A DNA stretch of 12,861 nucleotides from Candidatus Borrarchaeum weybense (GCA_019057385.1 JAHQJS010000004.1:649547-662407); one strand, 5' to 3'; positions 7,014 to 12,778 are shown, counted from the first letter of the stretch. Translations and numbers: made by a program. Notes: generated by a model not told the origin, from the sequence alone.

Positions 7014-7250
7014 TTGAGTCGTAGTAAAGGAAAAGTATGCTCAATTGAAAACTGTGAAACTGAGTCAGTTAGATCTCTCTCAATCGAAAAGGCGGGAGAA
7101 GCTCTTAACTCAGCAGGTTTAAGCTATAAAGTAGCCCGACGACGGAACAGAATCTATCTCTGTGCAGAACATTATAAAAAGATAAAGAAATACTTAAAGA
7201 AGGCTCAAAAAGAGGAACGTTTACGTCAAACTAGAGGTCGTCCGTTTTAG
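7014..7250 (+). CDS. Small basic zinc-ribbon-like protein (CxxxxC ... CxxH) with lysine-rich tail ending in RGRP
   Basis: 78-aa ORF with a TTG start behind a perfect AGGAGG. Candidate metal ligands are C9, C14, C50 and H53 (KVCSIENCE ... YLCAEHYKK). The C-terminal tail KKIKKYLKKAQKEERLRQTRGRPF is very basic, and its RGRP core resembles an AT-hook. T6 at 7256-7261 follows the stop. Confidence 0.6.
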   Translation: MSRSKGKVCSIENCETESVRSLSIEKAGEALNSAGLSYKVARRRNRIYLCAEHYKKIKKYLKKAQKEERLRQTRGRPF

Positions 7251-7259
7251 CTTGATTTT

Positions 7260-7412
7260 TTAGTCTGGTAAGCCTCCTATATTGCTCTCGCTAATAAATT
7301 CGAGTAATTCTTCTACTAAAAAGTTTTGCCCTATTGTCAGACCCACAGCAAATGTAAGTACTGCAATAACTAATAAGATTAATCCAATGACACGCGGTCT
7401 CAATTTTACCAC
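7260..7412 (-). CDS. Candidate small single-pass membrane protein (47-50 aa), not in the supplied ORF track
   Basis: My own minus-strand translation reads (GTG 7412 / TTG 7403) ..LRPRVIGLILLVIAVLTFAVGLTIGQNFLVEELLEFISESNIGGLPD*, with the stop at 7260-7262. It has a basic N-terminus, a ~21-residue hydrophobic helix and an acidic tail. There is no ATG start and only a weak SD, so this is tentative. Confidence 0.3.
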   Translation of the reverse strand: MVKLRPRVIGLILLVIAVLTFAVGLTIGQNFLVEELLEFISESNIGGLPD

Positions 7413-7570
7413 TCACTTAACTGAGCTTTAGTTTAAATCAATTTATATAAGTATTTACTTTTAATATCAAATATTGATAACCCGATGATTTCGCTCGGTA
7501 AACTGATTTCAAAGCCATGAAGGTTTGAAACATGACTGTCCCACGCAGGTACTGAGGGTTGTCTTTTCTC

Positions 7571-7593
7571 AAAAAGTGAAGCCAGAAACAAAA
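7571..7593 (-). terminator. T-rich tract downstream of the KaiC-like gene
   Basis: The minus strand reads CTGTTTTGTTTCTGGCTTCACTTTTTGAG immediately after the TAA at 7598-7600. A bulged hairpin (TTTCAAAGCC-ATGAA-GGTTTGAAA) lies further downstream at 7507-7530. Confidence 0.35.
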
Positions 7594-7597
7594 CAGA

Positions 7598-8347
7598 TTA
7601 ACGTTTAGTTATTAAAATTTTCCCTTCTGTGAATTCATACCAGAATTCATCACGAGAGTACTCACCTTCTGGCATTTTTTGGATCCTCAATGTGGTACGG
7701 AATGTATGCCATTCTTCTAACTCAGTCTTTGTAAGACTTATCACACCGTCAACCATATGCTCAAACGCTCTAAGGTAATGTTTCTGATGTGCATCGGCAT
7801 GCACTATCATAACCAATACTCTGTCAGTTTTCTTCTGAGCTGCTATTTGGTGTTGTAAATATGCCAATGGTGCTTTTTCGATATCAGAAGTTACAACCAT
7901 TGTTGAAAAACTATCAACGACGCCTCGAATTTGAATCTGCGGGTTTACATGGAGTAGAGCTGACCTCACGACTTGGTTCACTTCACGAGTATCTGAGATG
8001 TTGCGGACGAAATATTTTGTCTCAGGTCTGAACTCTCCCCAAGAAAAGGGGTCTGTGAATGCATCAATATATATGAGTCGCCTAGTCTCTGTAACGATTT
8101 CGGGGTTTACTCCTAACGCCTTTAATAAACCTGAGTAAAATACAAATGGATGTTCTGTGCTTAAGATATATCCATATTCACCCTTCCGTAAAGCTTCCGT
8201 AAGAAATTTCATAACCAGTGGAGCTGGCTCTACACCAACTTTATCTTCTATTAATATAACTGATCCTCTAGGGATTCCTCCTCCTAATGCTAAATCTAAT
8301 GTTGGAATACCAAATTTGGCTTTTGTAAGTTTTTTTTCTTCTTCCAA
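7598..8347 (-). CDS. Single-domain KaiC/RecA-superfamily protein with degenerate Walker A (probable pseudo-ATPase)
   Basis: 249 aa. The N-terminus is typical of archaeal KaiC-like proteins: FGIPTLDLALGGGIPRGSVILI. Where G-x-P-G-T-G-K-[ST] is expected, the sequence reads E-D-K-V-G-V-E-P-A-P. A Walker-B-like strand (RRLIYIDAF) and LSTEH are retained. The start is TTG 8347, with GGAAGGGA (8353-8360, minus strand) 5 nt upstream. Confidence 0.8.
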   Translation of the reverse strand: MEEEKKLTKAKFGIPTLDLALGGGIPRGSVILIEDKVGVEPAPLVMKFLTEALRKGEYGYILSTEHPFVFYSGLLKALGVNPEIVTETRRLIYIDAFTDPFSWGEFRPETKYFVRNISDTREVNQVVRSALLHVNPQIQIRGVVDSFSTMVVTSDIEKAPLAYLQHQIAAQKKTDRVLVMIVHADAHQKHYLRAFEHMVDGVISLTKTELEEWHTFRTTLRIQKMPEGEYSRDEFWYEFTEGKILITKR

Positions 8348-8352
8348 AATTG

Positions 8353-8360
8353 TCCCTTCC
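8353..8360 (-). promoter_or_regulatory. SD-like GGAAGGGA in the 15-nt gap between the coiled-coil and KaiC-like genes
   Basis: The minus strand reads TAA-TAGGAAGGGACAATT-TTG. This implies translational coupling of the two genes. Confidence 0.5.
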
Positions 8361-8362
8361 TA

Positions 8363-10051
8363 TTATAATTGATTATTGTGTCCCTTTGGTATAATTTCGT
8401 CGAATTGTTTCTTATAATACTCCCCTGTTTCCTCTGATATAAAGTTTTTTTCTTTCAGTTCAGATAAGCCTTTGAACAAAACTTCCTTCTTTGCCTTATC
8501 TGTTGTAAAATTTAACTGCAACAAAGCCTCATCAAAGATTTTCTGTAGTTTTTGATCTCCTTTTAACTTATCATTAATCATTTTATTTAATGCACTGATC
8601 CTTTCTTGAATCGGATGTGTTGTTGATTTCATTTGTTCATTAAGAGCTTTTGAAGACTCTAAGTCGATAATGACAGGAAGTCTTATGTTTAACCTAATAC
8701 GGTTTCTATCATCTTTCTTCGCATATTTGTTAAGAATAAGCGGAATATACACCAATTTATGTTCATTAACCTTTTCAATCCATTTCGGTTGAAATAAAAC
8801 TGATGATGTCCATTGAGTGCTTTGAATGGTTGACTCCGTATTATTTAGTGCTTCTTTAAGATTTTTTATTTCTTTTAGTAGTTGTTGCTTTAGAAGTTCT
8901 AATGCTTCCAGTTTTTTTTGCTTATCATTTTTCAGGTTCACGATTTTTTGCTGTTCATTTTCTATTCTTTCAGAATTGTCCTTCTCAAGCTGCTCTTTTT
9001 TAGCTTCAGATTCCTCATAAATATGCTTAATCTTGTTATTGCATTTCTCATAGGAATAAGCAATTCTTCGAACGATATCTTCTATCTTTTTTGCGTCTTT
9101 CTTTGCAAATTTTACCATTGTGCCAGCTTTGTTCAATATATTTTCCGCAAACTGCTCTCCTTGAGCTTTTTGAACGTCATTGATTTCTTTATATGTATCG
9201 CGTACTTCTACATACAGCAAGCGAAGAACGTTTATATGTGGCTCTAATTCTTCTCGAAGCGTATGTATTTCACTATTTGTTTTGTTTTGTTTATCTTCAT
9301 TTAACTGATGGATTTCACTTTCTAGCATTGCAATATATTCACTAATATTTTCATTCACTTTTGTAGTCATTTGATTGATTTGTGAATCATAATTTTCTTC
9401 TTGTATTATGCTCGTTTTAGCAATATCTTGAACCCAATTAGAGCTATTAGTTAAAACGGCTTGTTTAAATCCCTTGAACTCAACAAGGTTTTTGTCTATT
9501 GAAGACAGGAGATTATTGAATTCTTTGGTATATTCTTTTGCAGTGGTTTGTGATATTAAAGGCATAATGGGAATAATCTCTTCTTTATCAGTTTTTTTTG
9601 CGAGTTCAAGTAGAGAGGAAATCATTTCCATTAAATCTGGTTTAAAAAATCCAGAAATCTTTAGTTTATCTTTCTTTGGTCTTCTTTTCGATATTTCTGT
9701 CTTAATACTCTTTAGAATGTTCAAATAGTCATCTATCTCGACATTTAGTTTCTTTAAGTCGTTATAACGAGGAGGGGTTGTTATCTGGATATCTGCGCTT
9801 GAGATCTGTAGCCCATCAATAAAATACCCATAGTTTGTGTCAATAAGAAACGTCCAAAAAGGCCAACCTATTTTCGAAAATCCAATTATATCTTCATCGT
9901 CCTCTTTGTTCATATCCGTAGTCATAAATTGAATTGCAAATTCTATCGCCTGTGAAATCAGCGATTCTGCGTCTTTAATAGTTGCTTCTTTTTCAGCTTC
10001 TACTGTCCCTAGCACAAAAGGAACGAAAAGATGCGTATCTATTGATTCCAT
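8363..10051 (-). CDS. Large coiled-coil protein of unknown function (globular N- and C-terminal domains flanking a long K/E/N/Q-rich helical region)
   Basis: 562-aa ORF with ATG at 10051 and GAAGG ~8 nt upstream.
- The N-terminal ~130 aa are aromatic-rich: IIGFSKIGWPFWTFLIDTNYGYFIDGLQISSADIQITTPP.
- Residues ~215-410 (~8820-9410) are heptad-like and charged: EAKKEQLEKDNSERIENEQQKIVNLKNDKQKKLEALELLKQQLLKEIKNLKEAL.
- The C-terminal ~150 aa are mixed: LVYIPLILNKYAKKDDRNRIRLNIRLPVIID.
- I see no TM segment, no NTP-binding motif and no family I recognise. Confidence 0.8.
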   Translation of the reverse strand: MESIDTHLFVPFVLGTVEAEKEATIKDAESLISQAIEFAIQFMTTDMNKEDDEDIIGFSKIGWPFWTFLIDTNYGYFIDGLQISSADIQITTPPRYNDLKKLNVEIDDYLNILKSIKTEISKRRPKKDKLKISGFFKPDLMEMISSLLELAKKTDKEEIIPIMPLISQTTAKEYTKEFNNLLSSIDKNLVEFKGFKQAVLTNSSNWVQDIAKTSIIQEENYDSQINQMTTKVNENISEYIAMLESEIHQLNEDKQNKTNSEIHTLREELEPHINVLRLLYVEVRDTYKEINDVQKAQGEQFAENILNKAGTMVKFAKKDAKKIEDIVRRIAYSYEKCNNKIKHIYEESEAKKEQLEKDNSERIENEQQKIVNLKNDKQKKLEALELLKQQLLKEIKNLKEALNNTESTIQSTQWTSSVLFQPKWIEKVNEHKLVYIPLILNKYAKKDDRNRIRLNIRLPVIIDLESSKALNEQMKSTTHPIQERISALNKMINDKLKGDQKLQKIFDEALLQLNFTTDKAKKEVLFKGLSELKEKNFISEETGEYYKKQFDEIIPKGHNNQL

Positions 10052-10067
10052 TTTTGAGCCTTCTTAC

Positions 10068-10082
10068 ATTATCATTGATAAT
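10068..10082. promoter_or_regulatory. Perfect 15-bp palindrome ATTATCATTGATAAT in the divergent promoter region (candidate operator)
   Basis: The palindrome is read directly from the sequence. It sits 17-31 nt upstream of the coiled-coil gene ATG (10051, minus strand) and ~70 nt upstream of the nikR start (10152). Confidence 0.4.
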
Positions 10083-10151
10083 TAACTATTTAACGACTTA
10101 ATGGTTTTTATGAAAAATAAGCATTAGCAATAACTAGTAGGAGATAAACCT

Positions 10152-10583
10152 TTGACTGAAGAAAAATTTATTCGATTCTCAGTAAGTCTGTCAGAGGATT
10201 TACTAAACGAATTCGATAAAATTAGGCAATTAAGTGGTTTTGAAACCCGAAGCGATGGAATACGATCTGCAATGCGAGACTTCATTGTCAATTACAAGCA
10301 GTTAGAACAATTAGAGGGTGATCGTGCGGGAACTATCACTATTATACTCGATCATCATGGAGAAGCGGGGGTTATGGACCAATTAACTGATTTGGAACAT
10401 CATAATAGATCCATTATTACGGCGAATCTCCACATTCATCTAGATGAAGAAAATTGTATGAATATTCTAGCCGTCCGTGGGGATGTAGAACAAATAAAGA
10501 ATTTGGTTAGTAAACTCAATGCATTGCCACTTAAATACATCCGTCCAACATTGACAGTCCCTGGAGAAGAAATCCCAACGTAA
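10152..10583 (+). CDS. nikR: Nickel-responsive transcriptional regulator NikR (RHH + ACT-like metal-binding domain)
   Basis: 143 aa. The N-terminal ribbon-helix-helix is FIRFSVSLSEDLLNEFDKI...RSDGIRSAMRDFI. The C-terminal domain has the NikR Ni-site spacing H-x-H-x5-C (LHIHLDEENC) plus an upstream LEHH. The start is TTG 10152, with AGGAGA (10139-10144) 7 nt upstream. Confidence 0.9.
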   Translation: MTEEKFIRFSVSLSEDLLNEFDKIRQLSGFETRSDGIRSAMRDFIVNYKQLEQLEGDRAGTITIILDHHGEAGVMDQLTDLEHHNRSIITANLHIHLDEENCMNILAVRGDVEQIKNLVSKLNALPLKYIRPTLTVPGEEIPT

Positions 10584-10665
10584 ATTGGGGCGAATGGATA
10601 ATCACCACTAAACGATTGTTGCTTTGAAAACAAGATGTAAAAAAATGAAATGTGATTAATTAAGC

Positions 10666-10687
10666 CTTAGATATTGATAAATCTAAG
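10666..10687. terminator. Hairpin between the convergent nikR and DedA-family genes
   Basis: CTTAGAT-ATTGATAA-ATCTAAG forms a 7-bp perfect stem and an 8-nt loop. It ends 3 nt from the DedA-family stop codon (10690-10692). Confidence 0.35.
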
Positions 10688-10689
10688 TA

Positions 10690-11370
10690 CTATACTGTTT
10701 TCTCGATTTTATGCAAGAGGCGGTCACTAAATTTCTTTTTATAGACAATATAGGCCACTATTATGACCACAATGGCCACGAGGGTGATCGTCTCAAAGAA
10801 ATCAATTGCTTCTGCTAGACCTGCATATGTGCGCCCGACAATCCAACCAAGGGCAGCCAAAGAAAAACAACGCGGCAGTGCCCCAAGAAATGTCCAAATT
10901 GTGAATTTTTCAACTCTAATTCGTAAAACGCCAAAAATAAAGGACATTACAGAAAGTGGGATGATTGGGATTGCCCGTAATGTAAAGATAATGCCTGGGA
11001 TAGCCCCTGGACGTGCTTCAAATTTATTTTGCATAATATCAAGTTCTTCTACTGAGACTCCGAAGAGCCATTTGTATTTTTGAATCGCTGGACGTCCGCC
11101 GTAATATCCAATCCCATATCCGATGTAGGAGCCTAATGTTGATGCAAACGCACCAACTACTGCGATTAATAGAAGTTGGATTATCGCAGCAGTTATTCCT
11201 AGATCTGGGGACAGCAAAATGAACCCCGCTCCCATCATTATCAAAGGAGAGGGAATAGGAATAATAACTGACTCGATTATTACACCCAGAAATACTCCAA
11301 ATAAACCTAATGTACGTATCCAGTTTATCACGGTAGTAGTGAAGGTTTCTACTAGTTCTCCAAGAATCAT
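10690..11370 (-). CDS. DedA / VTT-domain (SNARE-associated, TVP38/TMEM64-like) integral membrane protein
   Basis: 226 aa, polytopic and hydrophobic. It has the DedA-type N-terminal re-entrant region (GLFGVFLGVIIESVIIPIPSPLIMMGAGFIL), followed by GYGIGYYGGRP and RAIPIIPLSVMSFIFGVLRI. Confidence 0.85.
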   Translation of the reverse strand: MILGELVETFTTTVINWIRTLGLFGVFLGVIIESVIIPIPSPLIMMGAGFILLSPDLGITAAIIQLLLIAVVGAFASTLGSYIGYGIGYYGGRPAIQKYKWLFGVSVEELDIMQNKFEARPGAIPGIIFTLRAIPIIPLSVMSFIFGVLRIRVEKFTIWTFLGALPRCFSLAALGWIVGRTYAGLAEAIDFFETITLVAIVVIIVAYIVYKKKFSDRLLHKIEKTV

Positions 11371-11450
11371 AATAATTCAACCATCCAAGTTTAGATTTTG
11401 AAAGCAATGAGTCAAATATGTGGAATCATTAAAAATCTTACTATGACTAA

Positions 11451-11840
11451 GCCAGAAAGCACTACAGCTTCAGCGTGGTGATGAATGGCGCGAGGTTTAT
11501 ATAGTTTGTGAAGATAGGTTATAGGAACAGCAAGACGGCTCAAAACATTAGCACGGGGGAGTTCACATCATGCAACAGGTGATTACGGGAGTGCCGACCG
11601 CACCCTCAAAAAACGAAGCCATCAAAGCTACCTTGAAAGCTACTAAAGCGCGCCACACGCGTCAACGCTGTCGGGTGTTTGAGGTAAAACTCGACAGCTC
11701 ACACCTTAACCAGCACACACAAGCACAGTTGAAGTGTTTATTTCTGGAAGCCAAATGGCTGTATAATCATATTCTCTCGCAGCCTACTGTGTTTGCCATG
11801 GACTATAAACTCGCTGCAGTGCCGGTCAAAGTCAACTTCC
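11451..11840 (+). mobile_element. Remnant of an IS200/IS605-family (tnpB-bearing) element
   Basis: This patch is visibly much more G+C-rich than the flanks (roughly half G+C by eye). It contains the 5' part of a tnpB-like ORF. No tnpA, no 3' half and no recognisable right end are present. Confidence 0.55.
11570..11835 (+). pseudogene. tnpB: Truncated tnpB (OrfB, RNA-guided nuclease family), N-terminal ~90 codons only
   Basis: ATKARHTRQRCRVFEVKLDSSHLNQHTQAQLKCLFLEAKWLYNHILSQ...DYKLAAVPVKV matches the N-terminal pattern of TnpB/OrfB proteins (x-hFEhKh-x-L-x(5-8)-L..LF.EA+W.YN..L). Full-length TnpB is ~350-450 aa. The rest of the 116-aa track ORF (11836-11920) is antisense to the uppP terminator and 3' end, so it is not real coding sequence. 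Confidence 0.65.
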
Positions 11841-11857
11841 CTTTGAAAAACTCAAAG
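11841..11857 (-). terminator. Hairpin immediately downstream of uppP
   Basis: The minus strand reads TGA-CG-CTTTGA-GTTTT-TCAAAG: a 6-bp stem with a T-rich loop, 2 nt after the stop at 11860-11862. Confidence 0.45.
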
Positions 11858-11859
11858 CG

Positions 11860-12672
11860 TCAAATTAGCGGCAAAAGTCCTAGAATAACCGCTATTAATC
11901 CTATAATAACACAAAAGTAGGCAAAATTGACCTTTTTAGCAATTACTAAAAGAAAATCCATGCTAAGTAAACCAAAGACAAATGCTACACCGATCATTAT
12001 TATTAATACATAGATGGAAATGCCTGCCAATTTAGGGACGCCTGAAATTAACAAATCGAAGATAAATGCCCCAAGAATCACAGGAACACTCATAAGAAAA
12101 CTATATTTCAGACAATTTTCTTGCTCAATTTTCCTCCCTAGAAGGGTAGCAACTGTAGTTCCAGAGCGACTTATTCCAGGAAGGATACTAAACCCTTGAA
12201 TCAATCCTAAAAGAATTATTTCCTGAAGTGTAAGATCTGTAGCAGGTCGATATTCACGGATATTCCTAAAGAAATAAAGGATGATACCTGTAACAATAAG
12301 GAATATGCCAATCAAAGCCGAAATGATATCCCCGTAGATTGGGTTAAATAGTTCATTTAGAAGAAGATAAAGTGGAATCGCTGTTACCCCAGTGGCCAAA
12401 GTTGCGATAATTAGAAATCTTCTAAGATAACTGAATTCGGCTGTTTTAGAAAATATTATATTAAAATACTCTGAGCGATATTTTAGAAGTGCTGATCCAG
12501 CTGTTCCAAGATGTAACCAAATAATTAGTGACAATATTGTTGATAGTTCGGTGATATTGAATACGTAAAGCATAACAAGCGTGATTTGTCCTTCCGAACT
12601 AATTGGTAACCATTCTAGCAGCCCTTGTAGTATTGCAATAAGAATAAATTGCAAAAAACTCAAATAAATCAC
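11860..12672 (-). CDS. uppP: Undecaprenyl/polyprenyl-diphosphate phosphatase (UppP/BacA family)
   Basis: 270 aa, polytopic. Both UppP signature regions are present: ILQGLLEWLPISSEGQ (E. coli VEGLTEFLPVSSTGH) and ILPGISRSGTTVATLLGRK...YSFLMSVPVILGA (E. coli LWPGFSRSGATISGG...FSFLLAVPMMMGA). The start is GTG 12672, with TTG 12663 as an alternative. Confidence 0.9.
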   Translation of the reverse strand: MIYLSFLQFILIAILQGLLEWLPISSEGQITLVMLYVFNITELSTILSLIIWLHLGTAGSALLKYRSEYFNIIFSKTAEFSYLRRFLIIATLATGVTAIPLYLLLNELFNPIYGDIISALIGIFLIVTGIILYFFRNIREYRPATDLTLQEIILLGLIQGFSILPGISRSGTTVATLLGRKIEQENCLKYSFLMSVPVILGAFIFDLLISGVPKLAGISIYVLIIMIGVAFVFGLLSMDFLLVIAKKVNFAYFCVIIGLIAVILGLLPLI

Positions 12673-12687
12673 ATCTCCCGACCCAAG

Positions 12688-12708
12688 CCCCTACCCTTTA
12701 GGGTGGGG
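12688..12708. other. G+C-rich bulged hairpin in the uppP upstream/leader region
   Basis: CCCC(T)ACCC-TTTA-GGGTGGGG forms 8 G/C-dominated base pairs with one bulged base. It sits inside a short G+C-rich patch (12673-12720), 16-36 nt upstream of the uppP start. Confidence 0.5.
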
Positions 12709-12778
12709 TAATTGACGTTCCTGCTTATTCTTTGGTCTATATAGTAGCAACTGGTTTTTTTGGATATTATAACTGAAT

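Noticed and set aside
7465-10687. A recurring ATATTGATAA / ATTGATAA motif occurs in three intergenic spots: 7471-7480 within TATCAA-ATA-TTGATA, 10074-10081 within the 15-bp palindrome, and 10671-10680 in a hairpin loop.
   Set aside because: Half-site spacing differs between sites (N5 versus N1 between TATCA and TGATA), and the third site has no partner half-site. The sequence is AT-rich and low-information. This is not enough to call a shared operator without a genome-wide motif test.
106-12199. Sixteen ORFs of 60-122 aa in the supplied track that overlap real genes. Most are antisense: 106-441, 1062-1268, 1577-1759, 2786-3010, 3802-3984, 4115-4321, 6151-6351, 8157-8372, 8826-9020, 8918-9247, 9474-9728, 10436-10633, 10763-11083, 11219-11401 and 12014-12199. 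One (11039-11407) is same-strand but in another frame of the DedA-family gene.
   Set aside because: Each lies inside or across a longer ORF with clear family motifs. Their translations are low-complexity (S/F/L/I-rich), typical of shadow frames of K/E-rich or hydrophobic genes. None has a recognisable motif or SD.
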